NCBI GenBank assembly: GCA_963769935.1
Contig: CAVYNY010000011.1
Location: forward strand, 160,001 to 224,000
From: an uncultured delta proteobacterium
GTDB taxonomy: Bacteria; Desulfobacterota; Desulfobacteria; Desulfobacterales; JAFDCJ01
DNA length: 64,000 nt
Direction of reading: 5' to 3'
This document shows, piece by piece, positions 22,698 to 31,804 of this stretch; position 1 is the stretch's first letter, and every line of letters starts with the position of its first letter. The notes beneath the pieces were generated by a model, which saw only the letters and a list, made by a program, of their open reading frames with translations, searched no databases and was not told where the DNA came from. Made by a program: the position numbers and the translations under genes.

Positions 22698-23015
22698 TCA
22701 GTCATCGTCGGTGACGATCTCGCCTGTGACGTTGTCAACGATCACGGGGCTTTCAAAGTAGGTCACTGACGGTAAAGCACCATACTTATCGAAAATGAAT
22801 TGCTTCCACTCATCCGTATAGAGGCGCTCGGCGTCCGCATGTGAATTCCACAGATACACCCCGCCGGCTGTTCCGCCATCCTTTGCAAGAATGTAATACT
22901 TACGTATCAGCCCATGAATCTCTCTGTACTTTGGTGCCGTACTCGAAAAAATCTCGCGCGCCTTTTCGCGAGAAATCGGCTGTGGAAGTTTGAACTGTAC
23001 AAGTGCTGTAATCAT
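22698..23015 (-). CDS. YdhR-like putative monooxygenase
   Basis: GLIRKYY...AGGVYLW...FESPVIVDN. Confidence 0.8.
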   Translation of the reverse strand: MITALVQFKLPQPISREKAREIFSSTAPKYREIHGLIRKYYILAKDGGTAGGVYLWNSHADAERLYTDEWKQFIFDKYGALPSVTYFESPVIVDNVTGEIVTDDD

Positions 23016-23245
23016 ATCGATTTCCTTTGTAACGTTAACGGATTGCCTCCACCGAAAATATTCGCAATTGACGAAAACTCCGACACCCCCCAAACCAGAC
23101 TTTGACTATGCTCCCATTCCGTTTTTCCCTGTATCTGTTTTTGTAGCTTAAACGCCAGCAGTCAGTGGCAGCCAAAATTATCACTGATTCCGACAAATTG
23201 CAAAAAAAATGAATTTAGAAAGTTATTCACTTTCGCGCCTGCGGC

Positions 23246-24131
23246 TTAACCAGTAGTTCTAAGAAGACTTCGTGCAGCTTTACTTAAATAACCCTGTTTA
23301 CGATAAAGAACCATTACCGGTACTGTCGTTTCAAGCGCCGGGATTTTCAGGATGGACAATGTTCCTGAGCGCAACTCCTCCTGAACACTGCTTTCCGGTA
23401 GCAAGCCGAAGCCGAAATCAGCTTCAATGAGACGCTTCTGGGCGGTCAAGCTATCAGTGGTGATGATTTCCGGCGTTGTTAAACCTGCCCTTGCAAGTTG
23501 TTGTGCTAATATGCGGGCAAAGGGTTCGCCGGAGGATCTTTCCCCCGTTGGGAAACCAACCCATGGTACGCCGGATAATTCAAGCGGATTGGAAGGCGGA
23601 CCTTGGGGGAAATTATGATGGGTTGAATGTACGACAACTAAAGATTCTTCATCGATCAATCGGGAGGCTATCTCTTGATGTGGGTCGGCAAAATATCTCA
23701 ATCCGAGGTTGGCCTCACCAAATTGGACCATAGCGCTGACTTCATTGCTGCGTGCCGTGCGCATTTTTAGCCGAACCTGAGGAAAGATCCTTCGAAACTC
23801 AAGGAGCCGTGCCGTCAGACCGGTACATGCAAAGTTCCGAAAAGAGCCAGATTGATGTTTCCCAGTTCTTTCGCTCAATAGCTTTGACCGCTTCGATACC
23901 GTCACGTGCACCCGCAGAGATTTGGCGTGCGAACGGCAAAAATGTCTGGCCGGCTTCTGTCAGCAATGCTCCGCCATGAACCCGTTCAAAGAGGGTAACG
24001 CCCAGTTCATCTTCGAGCAGACTGATACGGCGACTGATGGCTGGTTGGGACAGGTGCAGCATGGAGGCGGCTCGTGAAAATCCTTGAACCTGTGCGATCA
24101 TCACGAATGCCTCAATCTGATTCATTTCCAT
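23246..24131 (-). pseudogene. LysR-family regulator, frameshifted near 23830-23870
   Basis: HTH FSRAASMLHLSQPAISRRI..LE.ELG; substrate-binding domain in another frame; divergent from EamA. Confidence 0.85.
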
Positions 24132-24257
24132 TGCTATCAGTTTTCCTGATGTCACCTATGAAAACAATGCATTGGACAAATATATAATCCTTATTATACT
24201 CAAATGCAAGGGGATGCTATTGAGGTGCTGAAGCATTGAATCATTATTAAGGTTGCT

Positions 24258-25166
24258 ATGGAAACCCGGAAAATGACAAATACGAAAACACATTTTTGTA
24301 TCGAACTCGCTTTGCTTGCTTTGCTCGCTCTTTTTTGGGGGTCTTCCTACCTTTTCATCAAAATTGCCGTTGAAACCATTCCTCCGGTGACATTAATAGC
24401 GGTAAGAGTCGCTGGAGCGACTATTTTCCTCCTGGTGATTTTGGCCTTGAAAGGTATCCATATGCCAAAGGACGGGCGAACCTGGCGTCTGCTTTTCCTG
24501 CAGGCTGTCTTCAATAGCATTGGTGCGTGGACCGTTTTAGCCTGGGGGCAGAAATATGTGGATAGCGGACTTGCCAGTGTCCTCAACTCCACATCCCCGA
24601 TTTTTGTGTTTTTCATTACGGTATTTTTAACCAGGCACGAGTCAATCAGCATTCTAAAATTATTAGGTGCCTGTCTGGGCATTGTCGGGGTGACGCTCAT
24701 CGTCGGCGTTAATGTTGTCAATGGCTTCGGCAGGCAGATCATAGCTCAACTGGCGGTCTTGGTCGGGGCGGTGCTGTATGCAGGAGCAGCGATCCATGGC
24801 AAACGGCTCTCACATCTGCCGCCCGTAGTTTCAGCGGCGGGTACGATGATCTGGGCTACCATTTGTCTGGTGCCTTTAAGTTTATTAACCGAACACCCCT
24901 GGTCGCTGCACCCCTCTATTCAATCAATCTTTGCGGCCATCACTCTTGCAACACTTTGTACCGGCGTAGCGCTACTGATCTATTTCAGGTTAGTGCGGAC
25001 AATCGGATCGATGGGGGTGGCCAGCCAGAGCTATTTGAGAATTGGAATAGGGGTTATTTTAGGTGCGGCCATTCTTGGTGAGCATATCACGCCGACCATT
25101 GGACTTGGAATCCTGACCGTCATTTTGGGGGTGGCCGCAATCAACCTGCCGATTAGAAAGCTGTAG
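24258..25166 (+). CDS. EamA/DMT transporter
   Basis: WGSSYLFIKIA, SGLASVLNST.P, LGE; about 10 TM segments. Confidence 0.92.
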   Translation: METRKMTNTKTHFCIELALLALLALFWGSSYLFIKIAVETIPPVTLIAVRVAGATIFLLVILALKGIHMPKDGRTWRLLFLQAVFNSIGAWTVLAWGQKYVDSGLASVLNSTSPIFVFFITVFLTRHESISILKLLGACLGIVGVTLIVGVNVVNGFGRQIIAQLAVLVGAVLYAGAAIHGKRLSHLPPVVSAAGTMIWATICLVPLSLLTEHPWSLHPSIQSIFAAITLATLCTGVALLIYFRLVRTIGSMGVASQSYLRIGIGVILGAAILGEHITPTIGLGILTVILGVAAINLPIRKL

Positions 25167-25264
25167 GCAACTGATGAATATTTTCCCCCGCACGATCAAC
25201 GATCAGCCGGGGTATAACAAAAAAAATCATCATGGTCGGAATCATCGATAAAAATTCTTCTTCG

Positions 25265-25490
25265 AGAAAATGGGTGTCACCCTATTTCTCACGATCTTCA
25301 TCGTCCCAAAAGATTTTCCGGCGTTCGATCCCGCGAACTGTGATATGGTTCAGTGCACCTGCAGCATGCGTCTTCGCTAAAGCTACGCCGGCACAGGTCA
25401 ATTCTGGCTTTTCGTGGCATGTCTGCTCAAATAGCCGCAAAACTCCCTTTTGTCAATCAATATATCAATACCCGTCCCCGATACCCGTCC
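25265..25490 (-). mobile_element. RAYT family-A 5' remnant (second copy) with the same insert
   Basis: ATG at 25420: MPRKARID[insert]AAGALNHITVRGIERRKIFWDDEDR; closely similar to 19560-19750. Confidence 0.8.
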
Positions 25491-25588
25491 TGGCACGTTA
25501 TTGTCCTTGCAAATAAAGCATGCGTTGTTTGGTTCTAATCGCTGCGGATGTTCATCCGCAGCGATTGTCGAGGGACGCGCAGCGTCCT

Positions 25589-25692
25589 CGACAACGTTGA
25601 AGTGAGCTGCGGCCTACATGAGTTGACGAAATTGCACGGCCTTTACGAAAAACCGCGGTTTTCACTCCGCCTGCTCAACTGGTTTGTTGTGT
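25589..25692 (-). repeat. attC-like site, preceded by two hairpins at 25537-25595
   Basis: ACAAC...GAGC.GCGG / CCGC.TGCTC...GTTGT; overlaps the ORF end. Confidence 0.5.
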
Positions 25693-26245
25693 AACTGACT
25701 CCGCTTGCCATAGGTCCGGATAGTTTGTCACGAATCCCGCAGCGTTCACCTCTAATACCCGCACGAAGCGACCACCGGCCGACTCGTACCGGTACATCCT
25801 TTCTCTTTCCCGCCGGTAAAGCTGTGGCAAAAGCTCAAACTTTAGCGATGGAAAAGGGAGCCACGCCGCTCTCACCTCTTCCTCTTCCCCAACAGCCAGC
25901 GAGAGCCTCCGGATTGGGAGAAGGTTCGTAGAGGGGCTAAATCCCAGATCGATATCTGTACAGCCCGCCACAGATGGACAATTTACACCGTTCAAATACC
26001 ACCTCCGATTTTCGCTCAAAGTTATGCTTAAATTGACCTCTCGAGCCCCAATCACGCCCTTTACCCGAGCTGATTTTGTCTGCCAAATCGAGTCGCAGTC
26101 TACTATGTAATCAAGTTTGCAAGGACTTCGTTCATAAGTGAATATGGCTGTGCCGGACAGCTCCCATCCGTCAGAGAGAGCTTCGAGTCTTCCGATTTCA
26201 TGGCCGGGAATGTGGAGTTCTGCGCCAAAGAATGATGTCATTCAT
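25675..26245 (-). CDS. Putative glycolipid-binding domain protein (DUF1089-like), with a frameshift near the start
   Basis: MNDIILWRR/LHIPGHE; DIDLGFSPSTNLLPIRRL; GFVTNYPDLW. Confidence 0.8.
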
Positions 26246-26493
26246 CGCTTATTGCTCCTCTATAGCTAAAATTCACATAACCCTGGGATGAGCTGCAGGC
26301 CACCAGCCTTAGAGTACCTCTGAACTTTACGCAAACCGCCGGCCTATCCCTGTCTCCTCGATGCTGCGGGATAGGCCGCCACGGAACACCAGACGGTGCG
26401 GGCCTGCATATCTACTGTGGTTTCGAAGTTGACTTCGGGATCTACTTGACCGGATGTAAACGAGAACACGATCTTAAACGGAGCAACCGGCTT

Positions 26494-27191
26494 TTATTTA
26501 ACGGCTGCGTCGGTGCGCGTCCACTGAGCAATGGGTCGGCCGTCACGCCGCCACCAGGAGCCAGCCTGCTCCTGCGGCCAGCCGGCGGGCGAGTCCTCCC
26601 ACGTCTCCTGCCGGCCGTACGGGGTGAGGTCGAGCAACTGCAGTGTGGGCAGCATGGCCTCGATCCCTCGCCACTTCGTTTCGTACGTCTGGAACACTTG
26701 GTCGCCGACCCGCAGGTAGCAGCGGAGGTCGCCGCCGTTTCGGGTCGCCAGCACGTCTCCGGAGTCGGCGGTCGAGTACCACGGCGTCGTCCAGCCCATG
26801 AAGTCCCGGTAGGCGACAATCTCGTTCCACGGGCCGCTGCTGAAGACGGCGTAGGTCACGTCGCGCTCGGCGAGATAGGCGCAGACGGCGGCGTTTATCG
26901 CCATCTGACTGTGCGTACAGCCCTCGCACTGCTTGTGGTGGGGTGCGCCCTTCTTCCACATGAAGTGATACACGATCAACATCCGCCGGCCTTCGAACAC
27001 ATCGTGCAGGGGATGGGGCCGTCCGGACCCACGACCATGACCGGCTCCATCGGCGTCATCGGCAAGCGCCGCCGAGCGGCGGCTAGTGCGTCGCCGGCAC
27101 GTGTGTGCGCCTTCTCCCGGACCAGCAGTTCAGCACGGGCCCGCTCCCACTCCTCACGGGTAACGATCTTCGGGGTTGCCGATTCTGTCAT
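26494..27191 (-). pseudogene. DUF899 thioredoxin-like protein, frameshifted near 27010
   Basis: REEW..AR.ELL.REK..TR..D.LAA.RRRLP; YHFM; CEGC; LDLTPYGRQE.WEDSP.GWPQ. Confidence 0.88.
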
Positions 27192-27220
27192 GGCTATTCT
27201 CCTATGCGCTCGCAAGGCCT

Positions 27221-27295
27221 CTCGCGGTGGGAACGCCGGTTACCCAGCACCCCCCGCCCAGACCCAGACGTGCGGTTTTCCTGCATCTGGTTCTC
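27221..27295 (-). ncRNA. Orphan group II intron domains V-VI (3' end)
   Basis: GAGAACCAGATGCAGGAAAACCGCACGTCTGGGTCTGGGCGGGGGG-TGCTGGGTAACCGGCGTTCCCACCGCGAG. Confidence 0.8.
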
Positions 27296-27389
27296 GGTTG
27301 CGGAAACCGAGTCGGACCTAATATCATTTACACCGGGACAAGAGGACATCCGGTTTATTTTTCTATTTTGCCGGTTCTGTTTTGATGAG

Positions 27390-27590
27390 GGGAACTAAGG
27401 GACGTTCCTCGGATTCTCGGATTTGTCCTCTTCCGAAAGCTTCCATCCGTGCTCTCTCGACTATTTGTCGTCCTCTCAGCGCGCGTATTCGCATGCCGTG
27501 TAGAACGCGATGTTTAGTTTTTTCGATATCGAGACCGCGCTCCTTCCCAATTCTCGTGGCTTCCCCCATAACAAAGCACGCTTCCCCAGG
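27390..27590 (-). mobile_element. RAYT family-A 3' (HTH) remnant
   Basis: RELGRSAVSISKKLNIA / RGRQIVE; ends GGAACGTCCCTTAGTTCCC. Confidence 0.55.
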
Positions 27591-27596
27591 ACCAGG

Positions 27597-28122
27597 GGGG
27601 ACGGGCCAAGCTAAGTTGTTGCATTTTCAATGCCTTGATCCCAAATATAGGTGTTTTGGGCGCCTATTTCGGCCTTTTTCGCCCCAAAATGAGCGATATA
27701 GGGATATTGATTTTCTTTTAGTTGAAACGATTCTCCCGTTTCAAGGACCTTTCGTCCCAATGCCATGCCACCCATTTGCACTTTTATATTGTGGATAAAA
27801 GGTTCACTGCCAACAGCGATGCTTTCTGTCCATTTACCGTCACGAAAATTATCACCATCAGAAAGGCGGCTTTCGACCCATTGCTTGTGAGCCGTTTTCA
27901 CATGTTCATAAGAATCAAATCCAAGGAGCTCTTTTAACTTTTAATAGTTGATCAGAATCTTTTTTTTTTTGGTTGCTGAATTTCATTGTATGTAATGCCT
28001 TTTCGCTCTTGCCATTTCTAAATCGCTGTTTTTTGCCTCAAAAAGCTCAATAAAGCCATGTTTTAAGGGGTAAAACTAAGCTCATTCTCAATATTTATAG
28101 CCTGTTAGCGCGGCCCGTCCCC
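27597..28122 (-). mobile_element. Internally deleted RAYT family-B element with 11-bp IRs GGGGACGGGCC
   Basis: MARAKRHY start joined to a WTESIAVGS C-terminal part; IRs at 27597-27607 and 28112-28122. Confidence 0.8.
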
Positions 28123-28226
28123 ATCGTTAGCACGCTATCTTAACGGCATGACCTTATCAACACTTAATAGTTTAGATGCGACCCCCTCGTCCCTTTTCTG
28201 GGCACGACCAGTAGCTTTGCTATGCC

Positions 28227-28973
28227 TTAAATTTTAAGCAATCTTTCTCGCTTTCGTTCCTTGATTTCTATTAAGCCCAATAAAGGTCCGTCAGAATATG
28301 TTTCGTTGTTGAAATGTTTATTGAAATAATGATAATAATCCCATAGCATTTTTTCCGATTTCTTGTTTTCATAAAAGCCCAATAGCATACAAAGCAATGA
28401 TACTGCATATGGAGTAATTTGGTTTTTTTCGATTATGTCAAAAATTTGTTCTGAATAGTTTATTTCTGAAGCGTGTATTATTTTTACAGCCAGCTCTACA
28501 AATTGAGACCTTTTGGGATTCTTTAACTCATTAATAATTAAAGGAATAGATGATTCCTTATGTTGTAATAGTTTGCTTTTCATTTTTTCATGGTTCAAAG
28601 AATCGATTCCCCCAATCATTATACCAATCAGCTTTTTAATATCATCAGTATCCTCAATAATATTAGATTCTTGTATTCCCCGATCTAAAAGCTGATTTGT
28701 GATGGAGGAGGCCAATGCTTCGGCCTCAGGATGTAATAGAGATGAATAAAGAAGACGTGGTGCTGAAATTTCATGCACCGTATTCATTCTAAAAAAGCTC
28801 TCATCTAATATAGGTATACCAAAATCTATTTCTGAATAAGCTGGAAAGCTCTGGTTTATATTTGGCAACTTTTGGTTTTTATTGGAAAGTGTTTTCCCAT
28901 AACAGCATTTTTTATACTTCTTTCCACTACCACAGGGGCAAGGCTCATTTCTTCCGATTTTCTTATTTCTCAT
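28227..28973 (-). CDS. SEC-C motif protein
   Basis: [22 protein letters not shown]-rich. Confidence 0.85.
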   Translation of the reverse strand: MRNKKIGRNEPCPCGSGKKYKKCCYGKTLSNKNQKLPNINQSFPAYSEIDFGIPILDESFFRMNTVHEISAPRLLYSSLLHPEAEALASSITNQLLDRGIQESNIIEDTDDIKKLIGIMIGGIDSLNHEKMKSKLLQHKESSIPLIINELKNPKRSQFVELAVKIIHASEINYSEQIFDIIEKNQITPYAVSLLCMLLGFYENKKSEKMLWDYYHYFNKHFNNETYSDGPLLGLIEIKERKRERLLKI

Positions 28974-29010
28974 TCTATTTATTCTACTATCGTCATATGA
29001 TATTACAAAA

Positions 29011-29072
29011 GCATAAAGCTGCTCTTCAGCAGGGGCGGTTTCTTTGCGATCCGCTGGTAGAGCTTGTTATGT
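29011..29072 (-). repeat. attC-like site
   Basis: Minus strand: ACATAAC AAGCTCT.CCAGCGG...CCTGCTGAAGAGC..TTTATGC. Confidence 0.65.
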
Positions 29073-29087
29073 GATTTGACATTGAAA

Positions 29088-29798
29088 TCAGCTCCGAAGT
29101 GAAAATAGCATCATGTCAAAACTCCGTCCTGAAGGAAGTTGGTTCAGTTCAAGCCCACTTGCTTGTCTCATGACATCTGTTGAGAATTTTACAAAATCTA
29201 CATCGAATCGCGTCTCAAAATATCGTAGCCAAATCCCAATCTCTACAAGTGAATCAATAAGGTCTCTATCAGAAACGGAATTATCCACGCCCAATATACT
29301 CCGTATGCGAGTGTCATAGGCGGGTGCATGGCCCCAGTTGAACATAAGAACAACTTTGGTTAAAAAACAAACACTTCCGGCGCTCGAATGCCAGCCACTT
29401 AATATATAACGGAGTTTTGTGAACGAACATATTAACTGGTCGATGACCGACTTATCGGCACAGGGTAATTCGCAGAGGCTTAAGTTCGGAAGTTTATCTA
29501 CCAAATCCCAGAAGTTGCAAAGCTGATCATCTGTAATTATTCCAGTACAAATGTCTTTCAAAATGCTGCCGCATTGTCCTTGTCTGTTCATGTTCCAGCC
29601 ATTATATCTGACAATATTCAGCAAGTCGGTCATACGTTGGAGAGGGGATGCACTTAGGCGAGTATTGTTGTAGAAATTATCAAACTGATTCAACCACGGC
29701 CCATTTAGAGTGCTGTAACTTTCGATTGATTTGCCTGCTGTCTCCAAATTCAGCTTATTCAATATTTCAAAGCTAATCACGGACATTTTTTCATCCAA
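29088..29798 (-). CDS. Hypothetical cassette protein
   Basis: 236-aa ORF between two attC-like sites. Confidence 0.7.
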   Translation of the reverse strand: MDEKMSVISFEILNKLNLETAGKSIESYSTLNGPWLNQFDNFYNNTRLSASPLQRMTDLLNIVRYNGWNMNRQGQCGSILKDICTGIITDDQLCNFWDLVDKLPNLSLCELPCADKSVIDQLICSFTKLRYILSGWHSSAGSVCFLTKVVLMFNWGHAPAYDTRIRSILGVDNSVSDRDLIDSLVEIGIWLRYFETRFDVDFVKFSTDVMRQASGLELNQLPSGRSFDMMLFSLRS

Positions 29799-29854
29799 CG
29801 ATCTGCATCACAGGCGCGAGGTTACGAGCGTCCTTGTGAATGCATGGGTTAGAC
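29793..29854 (-). repeat. attC site
   Basis: Minus strand: GTCTAAC..TGCATTCACAAG...CTGTGATGCA..GTTGGAT; canonical R''/R' boxes. Confidence 0.8.
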
Positions 29855-29933
29855 TCCTCCGAAAGGAGTAACTTGATACCGATATCCATTCTGTCATTGT
29901 CACCCTCCACCTCGTCCGTTCCACAGTTATAAT

Positions 29934-30713
29934 TTAAAGCTTGAAATAGGACCTGACGAAGGCTCTTAGTTTTTCGATCAAGGTCTCGACACCTTCGGGG
30001 TCGTAAATGTACGGGATGTAGTCGAAATGCTTGATGTCGGACGGAATGTCTTTGTCCGACCGCGTGATGAGCACAACCTTCTTGCCGACGGTGTGGGCCA
30101 TGCCGATCTCATAAAAAACATTCGGGTTTTTCTCGGTGCAGTCGGCGAGGATGAGATGCGCAGCACAGATGCCATCCCAAATCTTTTCCATGAAGGGTCT
30201 TGGTGAGAACATCTCATCGGCGCGCCGAACGGTCAGTCCCAATTCTTCGCCCATCTTTTTAATATGATTGGTATAGACCTTTTCCATCTTCGCCTTAAAC
30301 GGCATAAGGACGAAGATATCAATTTTCTCTTCGGCTTGGCGCGGCCGTCCGAATGCTGGTAAGACTCCCATTCCCTTGGAGTGTCGAGATAGCATTGCAG
30401 CCTCGGATAGGGTCATGCCCCCAAAGGCTACGCGAATTTTCGACCAGAGGTCGGTTTCTATGATTTCTCCAACCGGCCTCCTCCCATTTCCCGTGTCCTC
30501 GTCCACAAAGCCAATTAGCCCCAGATCGCGCATCTCGAACAACTTCTTGAGAAGCATCATCGTGTTCGTATTGGCCTGGAGTTGTGTGGGGTCCGCGTAG
30601 GCATATCTTCCGCACAACTCCTCCCAGGTCTTGATCTCCCGCAGGAGCAGGAGAACCAGAGCTCCATTTTCGATCTCCTCGTAAGGAATATTATTCTTCG
30701 ATGGGTATTCCAT
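29934..30713 (-). CDS. Protein with a C-terminal nucleoside 2-deoxyribosyltransferase/TIR-like domain
   Basis: FVLMPF, RAD, ADCT.KNPNVFYEIGMAH..GK, IPSDI. Confidence 0.8.
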   Translation of the reverse strand: MEYPSKNNIPYEEIENGALVLLLLREIKTWEELCGRYAYADPTQLQANTNTMMLLKKLFEMRDLGLIGFVDEDTGNGRRPVGEIIETDLWSKIRVAFGGMTLSEAAMLSRHSKGMGVLPAFGRPRQAEEKIDIFVLMPFKAKMEKVYTNHIKKMGEELGLTVRRADEMFSPRPFMEKIWDGICAAHLILADCTEKNPNVFYEIGMAHTVGKKVVLITRSDKDIPSDIKHFDYIPYIYDPEGVETLIEKLRAFVRSYFKL

Positions 30714-30765
30714 TGCAAAATCCTCCGGCGGGAAGGTGATCCCGAATCTCGTTTCACTTTTAATA

Positions 30766-30830
30766 GCAGCCTAAAGGGCTCTAAGCGGAGGCGGCTTTTT
30801 GCGCCCTGCTGAAGAAGCAAGGTTGGCTGC
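30766..30830 (-). repeat. Degenerate attC-like site
   Basis: GCAGCCTAA...GTTGGCTGC with imperfect arms. Confidence 0.45.
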
Positions 30831-30832
30831 GT

Positions 30833-30967
30833 CTATGTAATGCTTTTTCGATCTTGCCATTGCTATATCGCTGTTTTTTGCTCCAAAAAGCTCAATATAG
30901 CCCTGTTTTAAGGGGTACAAATAAACTCATTCTCTATATTTACAGCCTGTTAGCGTGGCCCGTCCCC
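30833..30967 (-). mobile_element. RAYT family-B left-end remnant
   Basis: Closely similar to 27988-28122; ends GGCCCGTCCCC. Confidence 0.75.
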
Positions 30968-31017
30968 AAATCTCTCTGTATGTACCCCTCTATTCCTGTA
31001 AGTCAATAGGGTTAAAT

Positions 31018-31404
31018 TTACCTAATGTTTGCTCCTCTTTGTTCGAGCAGCTCTCTCAATATCGATCTATGGCAGCGCGATTCATCCTTGCAATAGCACC
31101 CAACTGCGAAATTGGTCTGATGAGAGAGCGCGGCCAGCAAGTCTAAATCTCTCCTCGCTCCAGGCAATTTCATTTCAACTATGAACTTTCGTTTGAACGC
31201 TTTCCAGGAGTTATCGTCTGTCAGTAATGAGGCTTTCTTCAGAAGGGCTTCACTTGGCGAAAGGTTTGGAAACCACACGTCATATATATTTTTAGACGCA
31301 TAGTCTTCCTTTCTTACTCCACGGGGAGGCCGCCTGACCGTGCCGATTCGCAATCCCTCATTACTCTCTCTTGGGCTACCTAACCTTACGATCCGTATTG
31401 TCAT
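31018..31404 (-). CDS. DUF488-family protein
   Basis: GLRIGTVRRPPRGV, CYCKDESRCHRS. Confidence 0.85.
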   Translation of the reverse strand: MTIRIVRLGSPRESNEGLRIGTVRRPPRGVRKEDYASKNIYDVWFPNLSPSEALLKKASLLTDDNSWKAFKRKFIVEMKLPGARRDLDLLAALSHQTNFAVGCYCKDESRCHRSILRELLEQRGANIR

Positions 31405-31804
31405 TTTGTCTCCACAATAATTGATGTTAATTAAAGATCGGATTTCTAAAAACAAAATGGATAAATACCTGCATTGGGATCAGGCGCCGACTATTATTCT
31501 CAGGGCTTTATGGAAACGGTTGAGCCGGACGCATCAGTTGAGAGTCGTCAAATGAGCCAATCAATTCAATTTCCTATGATATAGCCCTTCTATCGACCAT
31601 GTTCTCTTTTTATGAAAATTCGATATCGATGATATCAATAACTTAGATGATGATAATAATGCCAAATTCTCTCTAATCGCATAAAAAAACTAGGGGGTAG
31701 TTCACTCCCAGGTAATCGTAAAAGTATATGTCGAATTCCGTTCTGAGCCGACCGATGGCTTTACGCAGAGAAATGCCAGACAGATAGGACTCTTATCCAG
31801 TATC

